64,000 nucleotides of DNA from Bradymonadales bacterium (GCA_003559575.1 PWKZ01000169.1:197-64196), one strand, 5' to 3'. Numbered from the stretch's first letter, positions 19,247-29,518 are shown. The notes: a model not told the origin generated them from the sequence alone. A program made the numbers and translations.

Positions 19247-21118
19247 CTATTTCTTTTTCCAGAAGTCCGGGCGGCCAAAGACTTCGTCGTCGAGATTCTT
19301 GAACAGGTGCATCACCTTACGGCGCCTATCTTTGCTCGTTTCGGCGGGAGGGATCTCGTCGACGAGGCGCAAGACCTTCGGCGTCTTGTTCCACGAATAC
19401 CCAAGAGTCATGAAATGACGCCACAGAGCGCGCTCGTCAATCTCGGCGCCTTCCTTGAGGGTGATGACGGCGCCCACCTCCTGTCCGTAGACGTTGTGGC
19501 GAAAACCGAACGCCAACGCATCCTCGACCACCGGCATTCTCAGAATATCGGCGTCAATCTCAATTGCGGAGTACTTCTCGCCCCCACGCTCGATGACCTC
19601 CTTGAAGCGTCCGATGATGTAAAACATCGTAAGACTCGTCCCATCGGGACGGGTGAGATTCTCAAAATAACCTTCATCTCCCGTCTGTAAGACTCCGTAC
19701 TTGTACGCTCTCTCGTTAGCCACCGCGTTGCGGTAGTAGCCCTTCATCAAACCAGGCCCGGCGGCCACCATCTCTCCCACCTGACCCGGCCCTAGAGGCT
19801 CGCCCGTCTGCGGATCGATTACCCCCATTCGCAGTGAGCCCCCGGGCCCCCCGACTGCCGGGAACCGTGCGTCCAAAATCAGCTTCTGGTATTCATCGGC
19901 ACTCAAATCGGTGGGAGTCATGGCCCCCCAACATGAGGTTTCGGTCATCCCCCATCCGTGCAAGACCCGCAGCCCCAGCAGCCCATAAACCTCCCGCGCC
20001 ACCGCGGGAAAGAGTTGACCGCCGCTGCAGAATATCTTGTCGAGAGTCTCGAGGGCGGCCGGGTAGTCTCGTCGGGGCTTGATCCCCTCGGACTCCACGT
20101 GCGAACAAACCCCCGCCAACATCGCGGGGACCACGCTTGTCGCCGTGATCCCTTCGTCCTCGACGCGCTCTAGAAAAGTCGCCGGGTTGAACCGCCGGTT
20201 CAAAACCACCGTAGCGCCCAAATGAGCCGCGGCGAGCACCCCGGAGACAATCGCGTTGATGTGAAACAGAGGCAGCGTACAGAGCAGTACGTCCTCGCGC
20301 TCGAGTTGCATCGAAGTGGTGAGCGCCCGAACGGCATAGAGCAGCGTATGGCTCAGCACGACCCCTTTGGGCGGCCCGGTGACGCCGGCCGTGTAGACCA
20401 ACAACGCCTCGGTGTCAATTGGAAAGATCTCGGCAAACTCATCTTCTGTTTGCGCCTCGAGCTCATCGAGCCAATGGGCCGCGCGTCGCTCCGTGCCCCC
20501 CATTTGCACGACGTGCGAGATCCCGAGATCGCCCGCCAACGCGGTCATCCGTTTCAAATAATTGTCGAGCGCGCCAAGATCTTGCCGGTCGCGCGCAAAG
20601 ACGACCCTCGCGCCGGAATGTCTGAGAATTTGTTGCTGACGGCGACGATCTTCGCGCATGTTGATCGGCACCACGATCACACCGAGCGCCCAGGCGGCAA
20701 ACATGACCACCACCGTGTCGGGGTGGTTGTGCAAGTCGGCGACCGCGAGGACGTCGCCGGGACCCAACTGGAGAGCATTCTTCATGACGGCGGCGACACG
20801 TTTGACACGCTCGACCACCTCTCGATAGGTGAGACTCTCACGTAGCCCCTGATCGTCGTCGCAAAAAACGAGGTAGGGACTGTCCGGCAACTCCTCTGCG
20901 CGATGCATCAGCATCTCGAGCAGGCTCCAATATCGCGGCGGGGAGAAGTCAATCTCGTCGCCCTGAAGCCCCAGGTTCGACGCACGCACCGCCTCGACGA
21001 TTCGGAGTCGAGTCTCCGAACCGATTGGTCCAAGAACGCCCATGGCCGCTTTTCTCCTCTTGGAACTCGTCAAAACACCCACCGCCCGCTCCATCAGCCG
21101 CCCCTGGAAAACTACCAA
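19247..21118 (-). CDS. AMP-dependent acyl-CoA synthetase/ligase
   Basis: AMP-binding motif LVYTAGVTGPPKGVVLSH and a gate motif near GWGMTE. 623 aa. Confidence 0.8.
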   Translation of the reverse strand: MVVFQGRLMERAVGVLTSSKRRKAAMGVLGPIGSETRLRIVEAVRASNLGLQGDEIDFSPPRYWSLLEMLMHRAEELPDSPYLVFCDDDQGLRESLTYREVVERVKRVAAVMKNALQLGPGDVLAVADLHNHPDTVVVMFAAWALGVIVVPINMREDRRRQQQILRHSGARVVFARDRQDLGALDNYLKRMTALAGDLGISHVVQMGGTERRAAHWLDELEAQTEDEFAEIFPIDTEALLVYTAGVTGPPKGVVLSHTLLYAVRALTTSMQLEREDVLLCTLPLFHINAIVSGVLAAAHLGATVVLNRRFNPATFLERVEDEGITATSVVPAMLAGVCSHVESEGIKPRRDYPAALETLDKIFCSGGQLFPAVAREVYGLLGLRVLHGWGMTETSCWGAMTPTDLSADEYQKLILDARFPAVGGPGGSLRMGVIDPQTGEPLGPGQVGEMVAAGPGLMKGYYRNAVANERAYKYGVLQTGDEGYFENLTRPDGTSLTMFYIIGRFKEVIERGGEKYSAIEIDADILRMPVVEDALAFGFRHNVYGQEVGAVITLKEGAEIDERALWRHFMTLGYSWNKTPKVLRLVDEIPPAETSKDRRRKVMHLFKNLDDEVFGRPDFWKKK

Positions 21119-21147
21119 TCAGTTACTTCTAGTCAATCCCCGCCCTC

Positions 21148-22506
21148 TCACAAGGCCGGGCACCGGGGCTCCAGTCTTCTTAATTCCTTCGAAAGATCAT
21201 CTTCGCTTCCATCGATGGAGAGCGCCTCTCGAAGCCGCTCACAGGCCTCCGAACGGTCGCGCCGACGCAGCTCCTCTGCCTCGAGAAGAAGGCTTGGGCG
21301 CAACGCGCGCACTGCCTCCGCCGCCAAGGAGGCCCGCTCATGGTACACGGAGTCGGAAGGGACTGCCTCGTATCCGGCGAGGGCCTCAGCGAACCGTCGC
21401 ATTCTACGCGCCTCTTCGGCGCTCTCCAAGCCTTTCTGAGCGCGCCGCTCTCTCGTGGCCATCGCAATCATCGTGCGCGCGGTCGGGTGCTCAGGCTCGA
21501 TGAGGAGTGCGCGCTCGCCGGACTCGATGGCCTCTTGCCACTCATGGTTGGCGATATACTCCTGCACGTCGGTGAGCAGCGCCCCGAGACGCTCCTGGCG
21601 CCGCGCCCTTCGCCGCTCTTCCAGGGATCGCGCGCGCTCTTCGGCGGTCGCGGGTGATCCCGGGGCATCAGACTCATCGCCTCCCTGCTTGCTTCGCCCG
21701 GCGTGCAGATAGAGGCCGACTGCGACCAGGGCCACCACGAGAGCTAAAAAGCCGCCCCATCGAAGGGGGCGGCCACGACCACGCGGGATCTCATCGGCGG
21801 CCGTTCGCTCGACCTGGTCCTGCTCTCCTTGAGCTTGCGCGGCCGGCTTGAAATTCTCCGGGGTCACTGTCGGAGGCGAGGCGGGAGACACCGCGCGCCC
21901 TCCGAGCACGAGCTTGAAATCAACGTTCCCGAACCGAATGTGGTCGCCGTGCGTGACGACTCCCTCCTCAATCAAGCGCTCATTCAGTCGGGTGCCGTTG
22001 GAGCTTCGCAGATCCTGCAGCAGAAACTCACCGGACTTCGCCCTGGTCAACTTGGCGTGCATTCGCGACACCGAGGGATCGATGATAGTAACCCCCGTGT
22101 CCTTGCCCCGGCCGATGAGCGTAACCTCGTCGGACAGATTATACGTCTTGCCCTCAAATAGGTTGAACCCCTCGAGACGCGCTACTTCGCCGGGATCTCC
22201 AAGCGGCTCGGTACTCTTGGTTACCCAGAGGACGTAGTCTCCGATTCGAAACCGGGTCTGTGAATCCAGCTCGCGCGCCGCCCCCAGGCGGTCTCCGTCG
22301 ACGAAAACCCCGTTGGCGCTCTTGAGGTCTTCGAGAAAACAGCGGTCGTCGACGGTATATAACCGCGCGTGATTGCGTGAGACGTTGTCGGAGGGGAGTA
22401 CGATGTCGCACTTCTCCCGACTTCGACCAATCAACAACACCCCTTCAGTGAAGGTGTGCTCGTGAGTCGGGCCACCATTCATGTCCTCGATGTGAAGCGT
22501 GAACAT
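21148..22506 (-). CDS. tandem FHA-domain protein with TM segment and C-terminal helical (TPR-like) region
   Basis: Two FHA cores (LLIGRSREKCDIVLPSDNVSRNHARL...ANGVFV and LIGRGKDTGVTIIDPSVSRMHAKL...SNGTRLN). Hydrophobic stretch FLALVVALVAVGLYL. Confidence 0.7.
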   Translation of the reverse strand: MFTLHIEDMNGGPTHEHTFTEGVLLIGRSREKCDIVLPSDNVSRNHARLYTVDDRCFLEDLKSANGVFVDGDRLGAARELDSQTRFRIGDYVLWVTKSTEPLGDPGEVARLEGFNLFEGKTYNLSDEVTLIGRGKDTGVTIIDPSVSRMHAKLTRAKSGEFLLQDLRSSNGTRLNERLIEEGVVTHGDHIRFGNVDFKLVLGGRAVSPASPPTVTPENFKPAAQAQGEQDQVERTAADEIPRGRGRPLRWGGFLALVVALVAVGLYLHAGRSKQGGDESDAPGSPATAEERARSLEERRRARRQERLGALLTDVQEYIANHEWQEAIESGERALLIEPEHPTARTMIAMATRERRAQKGLESAEEARRMRRFAEALAGYEAVPSDSVYHERASLAAEAVRALRPSLLLEAEELRRRDRSEACERLREALSIDGSEDDLSKELRRLEPRCPAL

Positions 22507-22524
22507 CTGTCCTTTCGGGGTGAG

Positions 22525-24312
22525 TCAGACGAGATCTTCAATCGCCAGGGCCCCATCCGAACACTGTCGGACCTCGGCCACGCGAGTTACCTGAGGTGCC
22601 CCGTCTCGTCCCGTTTCCAACTGGACGAGCACGTCGAGGGCCTCCGTCACGAGGCCGCCCAAAGCGGGGCCGCTGCTCTCACAGGCAGTGACCTCACCGC
22701 AGATGGCCATGGTGCGCCACACAAATCCCTCGAGGTTTCGACCGACGGAGGAAGCGAGCACTTGAGGGGCGACCTCGTGGGAAGCAACGATAAACGGAGC
22801 CAAGGAAAATGAGTCGACCCCATTGACCACGAGGGTGTCGATCCCGAGCCCGGTTACCCGCTCGAACAGCCCGGAGCCAATTCCCGGGGCATCGAGGCTC
22901 AAAGAGATGACTCCCGGCTGTGAGAGGCGGACGCCGGGTCCTGAATCCACCAGCCCGATGACTGAGTCGGCGGAGAGAATCTGAGTGATGGCGTTGAGAA
23001 CCATGGTGTTGACGCGACTGGACGGGCCCAGCACCAATAAGCTGCGCCCGGAGGCCACAAGCGCAAGCAGCTTATGCGCGAGGTTTGCCTCGAGCGCTCC
23101 GGCGGCGACGAGATCATCGAGCGAAAAGGCCGTCGACGGCGCCTTCTTGAGACAGCACAGCGGGGCAAATCCCACCAGGGGCGGGAGCAATATCCTGACG
23201 CCCACGTCTCCGGCCAGACGTCCTCTCACCTCGACTCTCTCATCCTCGGCGCCCAGCAGTGACTTGAGACGCCAGAGCTCACTCTCGTACTCACCGGCCC
23301 CCCGGAACCCAGGGCGCCAGAGCGAGACACTCCCTCGGCGACAGAGGAAGATCTTGTCGAACGCGACCGCGTTCACCTCCTCGACGTCGGGCACCGCGAT
23401 GAGTAGTTCCAGCAGCGATTTCCCAGCGAGCAACGCCGCTAATCCCTCGATGTCGAACTTCTTGGGAAGCTCGCCGGCCTTGACCATCGGCTTGAGCAGA
23501 CCTGCCACAATAGACGCAAACGCCTCGAGATCGCCCTCGCCGTAGGCCTCCGCCAGCGCGGGTTTCGTGCCCCAGGAGTCCACCACGCGCTCGGCCGCCA
23601 TCGCGATAACCTGGGGCTCGAACGCGGACTGGGGCGGCGCGAGCGGCATCACCGGCGCGGTTGCTTCGTGGGTGGCCGGCGCGTCAGGCTCTCCTATCGC
23701 GACCTCCTCGTCGGGCCCTTGGTCGTCGAGCGGCGCCGGTTGCGGTGGGGCGGGCGGCTCACCTCGCTCGTCGCCCTCCGCGGGCTGGTCGACCTGTGTC
23801 CCTAGATCGGTCGCTTCCACCTCTCCGGCGGATGTGTCAACGGGATCATCGAGCTCATCGGTCGGACCGGCCGGCGGAGTCGGTGGCGGGATATCAATGG
23901 GATCCGGCGGCAGGGGTGGTGGCGGAGGCTCGCTCTGAGCCGCGGCCGCGGGCTGAGGAGCCGTCACGTGCGCAGACGGCGAGTCGCCGAACGAGACCGG
24001 TTCGTCGGTCGCCACCGCGGCCTCACCCAACTCGAGCCGCAGCACGAAATCGCCCACATAAATCTTGTCCTCCGGCGTGACCACCACCGGCGCGTTGATT
24101 TTACGGGCGTTGAAATAAGTCCCGTTGGTGCTCCGCAGATCGACGACGAAGAATTTATCGCCTCGCTGAACGATTCGCGCATGACGCTTGGACACGTTTC
24201 CGCGCGGCAGCACGATATCGTTGTTTTTTCCGCGACCGACGCTGACCTCCTCTTGATCGAACGTCCGCCGACTCTCTTCACCACCCCTCTCTTTGATGCG
24301 TAATGTATACAT
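22525..24312 (-). CDS. FHA-domain protein with Pro-rich linker and C-terminal CpaF/VirB11-like ATPase-like domain lacking Walker A
   Basis: N-terminal FHA (VSVGRGKNNDIVLPRGNVSKRHARI...TNGTYFN). C-terminal region is colinear with type II/IV secretion ATPases, but the P-loop reads GPSSRVNT instead of GxxGxGKT. Confidence 0.55.
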   Translation of the reverse strand: MYTLRIKERGGEESRRTFDQEEVSVGRGKNNDIVLPRGNVSKRHARIVQRGDKFFVVDLRSTNGTYFNARKINAPVVVTPEDKIYVGDFVLRLELGEAAVATDEPVSFGDSPSAHVTAPQPAAAAQSEPPPPPLPPDPIDIPPPTPPAGPTDELDDPVDTSAGEVEATDLGTQVDQPAEGDERGEPPAPPQPAPLDDQGPDEEVAIGEPDAPATHEATAPVMPLAPPQSAFEPQVIAMAAERVVDSWGTKPALAEAYGEGDLEAFASIVAGLLKPMVKAGELPKKFDIEGLAALLAGKSLLELLIAVPDVEEVNAVAFDKIFLCRRGSVSLWRPGFRGAGEYESELWRLKSLLGAEDERVEVRGRLAGDVGVRILLPPLVGFAPLCCLKKAPSTAFSLDDLVAAGALEANLAHKLLALVASGRSLLVLGPSSRVNTMVLNAITQILSADSVIGLVDSGPGVRLSQPGVISLSLDAPGIGSGLFERVTGLGIDTLVVNGVDSFSLAPFIVASHEVAPQVLASSVGRNLEGFVWRTMAICGEVTACESSGPALGGLVTEALDVLVQLETGRDGAPQVTRVAEVRQCSDGALAIEDLV

Positions 24313-24444
24313 TGGCTTCTCCGAGCGAGCGAGATCGCAGGTTTAGACTAAGACCGTCGGCCGCCCAATGTGTTCGGCTCTCCTGAACAACGGCGCCTCC
24401 ATTGTGAAACAACCACAGTGACCCGTCAAGGCGCCCTCGCAAAT

Positions 24445-24620
24445 CCATAATCGTCGGTTCGTTCTGAGGAGCCCCGCTAAGTGGAGTCGCGTGCATGTGC
24501 AAGGAAACAAGCCGTTCTCAGGCGGAGGCGTAGCAGAGCCTACGTCGAGCACTAATTCGTCTGCAGGTGACGCCGCAGATGTGCCTCAATCCGTCCGCAA
24601 ATCCCAAGATGGGCGCCATC
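24445..24620. repeat. MITE-like repeat, copy C (inverted orientation, degenerate distal end)
   Basis: Starts CCATAATCGTCGGTTCGTTCTGAGGAG, the reverse complement of the 3-prime end of copies A/B. Contains CCTACGTCGAGCACTAATTCG and GGTGACGCCGCAGATGTG cores. Overlaps the annotated 5-prime end of the mlaE ORF. Confidence 0.6.
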
Positions 24621-25493
24621 CGCGGATTGCCCGTGAACGCATTTTCGATTAGGCTCGCTTGCGCGGCGGGGCGGTATTTTTCTGCCCACCAGGAGGAGAA
24701 GCTGAACACACTCTTCCAGCGAATCCCGACCGGAATCGAAACGCTCGGGAGTCGGATTATTGCGGCCATCGAGAGCGTCGGCGAAGCGGTGATCATCCTC
24801 GTGATGTCATTGCTCTGGGCCGTCCGACCGCCGCTCCGCCTGCGTCAATTCATTTTGGCGCTTCACTTCGTTGGGGTGGGCTCACTCTTCATCGTCGGGC
24901 TCACGGGGCTCTTCTCCGGCGGCGTCATGGCGCTTCAGATCGGCCAGGCCTTTCGCATGTTCAACGCCGAGACCTTGACCGGTCCGACGGTCGCCCTGGC
25001 GTTGTCCCGGGAGCTTTCGCCGGTCTTCACCTGTCTCATGATTACGGCCCGCGCCGGCTCGGCGATGGCGACCGAGCTTGGGACGATGCGAGTCACCGAA
25101 CAGCTGGACGCGCTGCGGACCATGGCCGTCAACCCCATCGACTATCTGGTGGCCCCGCGCATACTGGCCTGCCTCCTGATGGCCCCTGCCTTGACGATGT
25201 TTTTCAATCTGATTGGAATGTTCGGCTGCTGGCTGGTGGCGGTGCAGTTCCTCGGCATCGATCACGGCATCTTCATGGCGCGAATCCGCGAGTTCGTCCA
25301 CCCTTCCGACATTTTTAACGGAATGGTCAAGGCGACGGTCTTCGGGGTCGTGCTCGCGACCGTCGGGTGTCACCAGGGGCTCACGGCCCAGGGCGGCGCC
25401 CGGGGCGTCGGCATGGCCACTACCCGCGCGGTGGTTATCGCCTCGGTGCTGATCCTGGTGTTCGACTACTTCTTGACGGTGATCATGTTTTGA
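24609..25493 (+). CDS. mlaE: ABC transporter permease, MlaE family
   Basis: Conserved MlaE core (GGVMALQIGQAFRMF, ARAGSAMATELGTMRVTEQLDALRTMAVNP). ORF track start 24567 lies in the repeat; start probably Met 24609 or later. No mlaF/mlaD adjacent. Confidence 0.75.
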   Translation: MGAIRGLPVNAFSIRLACAAGRYFSAHQEEKLNTLFQRIPTGIETLGSRIIAAIESVGEAVIILVMSLLWAVRPPLRLRQFILALHFVGVGSLFIVGLTGLFSGGVMALQIGQAFRMFNAETLTGPTVALALSRELSPVFTCLMITARAGSAMATELGTMRVTEQLDALRTMAVNPIDYLVAPRILACLLMAPALTMFFNLIGMFGCWLVAVQFLGIDHGIFMARIREFVHPSDIFNGMVKATVFGVVLATVGCHQGLTAQGGARGVGMATTRAVVIASVLILVFDYFLTVIMF

Positions 25494-26211
25494 TGATGAA
25501 GCCGAGCGTGCTCTCGTACGCCGCCGGATCGTCCTCGTCCAGTGCTCGCACCACCGGGCCGCGCAAGCGGCGCTTGAACTCAGCGTAGGTCGCGGTGCGT
25601 TTCTTACCAAGCGCGGCGGCCAGAGTCCGCGCCTGGGGGAGAAGCTCTTCGGCCGACGGCGCGCCGTCGGCAAACCCCAGCTGAACCGCCTCGGGGCCAC
25701 CGTAACGCTTGCCGCTGTAATACATACGGCGCACCGCATGCGGCGGCATGACGGCCTCCAGGACTGCCAACATGCCCGGCAGGAGCGGGATGTTGATGTC
25801 CACTTCGGGGAGACAAATCCACCCGCGATCCTCGCGCATCAGACGGAAATCCATGTGCGCCGCGAGAAACAGCCCCCCCCCAAACGCGTGCCCGTTGACG
25901 GCCGCCACGGTGGGTTTCTTGAAGAGTGTCACACGCCGAAACAGCGTGTTCATCTGCTCCAGGTAGGCCACGACCGCGCGCATGTCTCCGATGTTCTTCA
26001 TCATGTGATCGAGATCGAGCCCTGTGCAAAAATACTTATCATGGCGGCCGGCCACCACTAACGCCCGCACGTCGAAGGCGGCCTCGACCTCATCGAGTGC
26101 GGCGAGAAAATCGCCTATCAAAGCAGGACTCAGTCGGTTCTCCTGCTGGTAGTCGAGCCACAGGGTGGCGATCTTGAGGTCCGCATCTCGCTCTAGGATC
26201 ACATGGCTCAT
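25483..26211 (-). CDS. enoyl-CoA hydratase/isomerase (crotonase) family protein
   Basis: Crotonase fold motifs (LVVAGRHDKYFCTGLDL, AAVNGHAFGGGL). Convergent 11-bp overlap with mlaE. Confidence 0.75.
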   Translation of the reverse strand: MSHVILERDADLKIATLWLDYQQENRLSPALIGDFLAALDEVEAAFDVRALVVAGRHDKYFCTGLDLDHMMKNIGDMRAVVAYLEQMNTLFRRVTLFKKPTVAAVNGHAFGGGLFLAAHMDFRLMREDRGWICLPEVDINIPLLPGMLAVLEAVMPPHAVRRMYYSGKRYGGPEAVQLGFADGAPSAEELLPQARTLAAALGKKRTATYAEFKRRLRGPVVRALDEDDPAAYESTLGFIIKT

Positions 26212-26246
26212 CCGCACACTCCTTTGGTCCCTTTTGTTGCTATCGC

Positions 26247-28046
26247 TCAGGGGCAATCGTAGCTCGCCACATCTCTGTCGGCCGGGTGTTCGCGATGGAA
26301 CACGCGCGTGAAGTTTCCGAAGACACCCTGGCCGGAGCTTTGGTTGACAAGCTGGAAGACATGCTCGGACTGCTCGAGACAGCTCCCACCGAAGGTCACC
26401 TCATAGAGGTCGTCATCTCGCGCGACCGGAATTGTGACGTGGCTGTCGGAGACCGCACTACCCTCATAAGTCCAGAGGATCGGGTCACTCCCCGGCTTGA
26501 GGGCCAGGTGTAGCTCAATGTCGGACGGCTCTCCGCCAAGGAGGCTCATCAAATCGTCGCCCGAGTCGGGCCGCCGCTCCCACTCGAGGGTCACCGCCAC
26601 GATGGGATCCAGCGTGGCACCGTTTTCCTCCTCGCCGTTCGTGCCGCCGGCATTGACCGGCAGCTCGAGCGCCACTTGGACAAACGCCGGAGCCCCTTCG
26701 TCAAAGCTCACCCCCTGATAGCGGCCGCGGCCGGGAACGAACTGCGGTCCGGCGTAGAAGAACGGCTTGACCCTCGTGCATCCCGGTAATCCGTGGTCGG
26801 CGAAAATGGCGCGCACCTCATCCTCTCGTGACGGCTCCAGCGCCGCTGCGTTCGCCATGACCGCGACGGTCGCCTCTTCGAATCCGGTCGAGCGATGATA
26901 GCCGAGCATCGCCTCGAAGACGATTTGATCGGTCAGCTCGGCGCCGATCTCCTCGCGGATGGCCCAAAGCGCGCTGGCGAAAACGCGACCGTCGTTGTGG
27001 GCCTGCCCCATGATATGCTCGGGGCACCGTCGCGGCACGCTCAGATCCCGCGCTCCGCCGAGTTTCCCTAGCGCCCACCGACCGAGGACCGGATCGCCGG
27101 TCATGGAACACGGCAGGTAGTCGGCGTGTGCCTCGTTGAGGGCCAGCGGTCCCATGTCGGCCCCGAATTCGTCATACCGCATCCCTTGCAGGCGTTCACC
27201 GCCGACCGCCGCGTGAACGTATTCGTGATAAACGACACTGCCGTCGTAGGCAAAATCGAGGGTCGGCCCTTGGAAAAAGATGAGCGTATCCTCATTGATG
27301 GGCGGCTCGACGCCCAGCATATCCTCGATCTCGGCGAGTGACTGCTGCGGCAGGTATGCCGCGTTATCGATACTCATCCAGCCGGGTCTCGGGAAGCCAT
27401 CCATCCTCAACCCCAATTGGGCGTTGACGATGGCGTGCAAAGGCCGATTGAGTTCGGTGAATCCAAAGCTCTCGGTCAAAAAGCGGTGGATCCGGCCCAT
27501 GTGATAGTAGACCTGGACCTCGGCGAACGGGTCGTCGGGATCGAGCATGTTGTCCGGGGCTTGGATATGAAGGTAGTTGCCCTCCTCATCGGGGGCCGCG
27601 GTCTGCTCGAAGAGACAGAGAACAGCGTGCATATCGACGCCCATCTCTCTCAGGTCGACCTCGAGCCCACCCAACCGATTGAGGCAGTTGACCACATGCG
27701 CAAACGATCCACTCAAGAAGCCCTCGGGGTGGGTGATGTTCTCGAGCTGCACCTCCACCGGGTCGCTCTTTTCCACTTGCGCGGGATCGTGCCAGGCCCA
27801 GGCCATGCCGGTGGGCCCTGGGGTCGGTATATCGACCTCCTCGGTCTCGACCAGGTCGGTTGGCGCGACGTCATCGGTCTCGACTATGTCCCGAGGATCA
27901 TCGGGCGCGTCGACGTCGGAGCGCACCTCACCGCCCTCCTGAACGTCTTCGGCCGGCGCCGGCCAAACGATGGTCGAGTCACCGTCGGTGAGACAAGCGG
28001 ACAGCAATACCGCCGTCAAGGCGGCCGTAATGAGGGTACACTTCAT
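26247..28046 (-). CDS. putative secreted zinc metalloprotease lipoprotein (HExxH)
   Basis: Lipoprotein signal (LLSAC). HEYVH zinc-binding motif with a downstream Glu. Family not assigned. Confidence 0.45.
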   Translation of the reverse strand: MKCTLITAALTAVLLSACLTDGDSTIVWPAPAEDVQEGGEVRSDVDAPDDPRDIVETDDVAPTDLVETEEVDIPTPGPTGMAWAWHDPAQVEKSDPVEVQLENITHPEGFLSGSFAHVVNCLNRLGGLEVDLREMGVDMHAVLCLFEQTAAPDEEGNYLHIQAPDNMLDPDDPFAEVQVYYHMGRIHRFLTESFGFTELNRPLHAIVNAQLGLRMDGFPRPGWMSIDNAAYLPQQSLAEIEDMLGVEPPINEDTLIFFQGPTLDFAYDGSVVYHEYVHAAVGGERLQGMRYDEFGADMGPLALNEAHADYLPCSMTGDPVLGRWALGKLGGARDLSVPRRCPEHIMGQAHNDGRVFASALWAIREEIGAELTDQIVFEAMLGYHRSTGFEEATVAVMANAAALEPSREDEVRAIFADHGLPGCTRVKPFFYAGPQFVPGRGRYQGVSFDEGAPAFVQVALELPVNAGGTNGEEENGATLDPIVAVTLEWERRPDSGDDLMSLLGGEPSDIELHLALKPGSDPILWTYEGSAVSDSHVTIPVARDDDLYEVTFGGSCLEQSEHVFQLVNQSSGQGVFGNFTRVFHREHPADRDVASYDCP

Positions 28047-28762
28047 CGCCCACCTCCCGACTCCGCGTCAAAGCTCATCGCCGGCCCGGATTCTCGGTGG
28101 ATACTGTCGCGACGGAGCCACAGCGTCTCGCCGGTCGCGGCGTCGACAAACACCGAGACCTGTCCCAGAGGAATAATGGTCGGAACGAGCACCTGGTAGG
28201 CCCGCCGCGCCGGCGGGCCGGCAAGCACCGTCAGCCCGATACGCACCCGGACTCCTTCGGCCTGCCCCGCCACTTCGGCGCGCGCCAACGCCTCCGCTTC
28301 CTCGTGGGAAATGAGATCCTCGGCGGGCGCGAGCGAGACCTCTGCGACGTTCAGGTGCACACTGCGCACCTGCCTCCCGCTCTCGTCAAACACCACCGTC
28401 GCCCCCCTGTCGGCCACCTCCAATCCGTCGGCCATCTGCCGGAGCCTGACCACGCGGCTGCGATGGGTCGCGCTCTCGGAGACCACGCGGAAATCGGCTG
28501 CGGCTAGACCGAGGAGGGCAGCGTGCCGCTCTAAGAACCAGGAGGCACGCGCGGCAAGGTCCGGGCCTTCCGTCATTTCGCGCAATCCGGTGATGAGGCT
28601 TGGGTAACGAGTTCCGTGCGGCACTACAGCCTGCACCTGAGAGCCGAAGCGCTCCTCGGCCAGCCCGCGAAAACCCTCCGCGTCAAAGGGGGCCGCCTGG
28701 GCCGCCCCCGTCATCGCGAAAGCAACCAGAGACAACAGCACCGCCGTGGCCGGTCGTCGCAT
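28043..28762 (-). CDS. hypothetical secreted protein
   Basis: Signal peptide MRRPATAVLLSLVAFAMTGAAQA. 4-bp overlap with the upstream metalloprotease gene suggests co-transcription. Confidence 0.4.
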   Translation of the reverse strand: MRRPATAVLLSLVAFAMTGAAQAAPFDAEGFRGLAEERFGSQVQAVVPHGTRYPSLITGLREMTEGPDLAARASWFLERHAALLGLAAADFRVVSESATHRSRVVRLRQMADGLEVADRGATVVFDESGRQVRSVHLNVAEVSLAPAEDLISHEEAEALARAEVAGQAEGVRVRIGLTVLAGPPARRAYQVLVPTIIPLGQVSVFVDAATGETLWLRRDSIHRESGPAMSFDAESGGGR

Positions 28763-28873
28763 TGAGCTCTCCTTGAAGAATCGAGTGGACACCGCCGCTT
28801 TTGGCGATGAGCGAGAGGTTTAATGAGGGAATCCTCCTCCCTCACGGAGCGGGAGGAGGAGTAGCGCGGAGCG

Positions 28874-29185
28874 CTACCAGCGGTCGCCGCCGCGGCCTCC
28901 ACCGCCGCCGCCGCCGCCCCAGTCATCGCGACGAGGTGCCCGCTCCTGGGCAAAGTCGACCTTGATCCGCCGACCTCCAAAATCGGTGCCGTTGAGCGCC
29001 TCGAGCGCCGTCTGCGCATCCTCTTCGTTTTCGTAAGTCACGAACCCAAAACCGCGCGAACGGCCGGACTCGCGATCAGTAATGACCTTGGCCTCCACCA
29101 ACGTCCCATGTTTCTCAAACCCCTCGTGAAGGGCCTCGTCGTCGGTTGCCCATGGCAAACCACCCACAAACAGCTTCCTTGACAT
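28874..29185 (-). CDS. RRM-type RNA-binding protein with Gly-rich tail
   Basis: RNP-2 (KLFVGGLPW) and RNP-1 (RGFGFVTY) motifs. C-terminal GGGGGGGRGG. Preceded by an unusually AT-rich ~330-bp leader. Confidence 0.8.
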   Translation of the reverse strand: MSRKLFVGGLPWATDDEALHEGFEKHGTLVEAKVITDRESGRSRGFGFVTYENEEDAQTALEALNGTDFGGRRIKVDFAQERAPRRDDWGGGGGGGGRGGDRW

Positions 29186-29518
29186 ATCTCTCTTCTCCCA
29201 TTGCCTGGGCGCTCAGCAGCGCCACTTCAACAAGACACGGCGGACCCGTGCCATCCACGCCCCGAACTTCGGGCGTTTGAAATTTGACCACACTGGAATT
29301 GAGCGTGCTGGGGGGGGTACTGATTGACTACCGGATGTGGACTACTAAAAAGAACCAAAATCCAAGCCGCCCGCGATTGACCGCCGACACCGACATTAAC
29401 CACTCGGTGCACAATTCCTTGAGGAGTTGGGGCGCCCGAAACCCTCCGCCGCCACGAACTCCAAGGGAACATCGCGCGCCAAAATGAAAAATGCAAGTAA
29501 AAAAGTTTTCCTCAGGCA

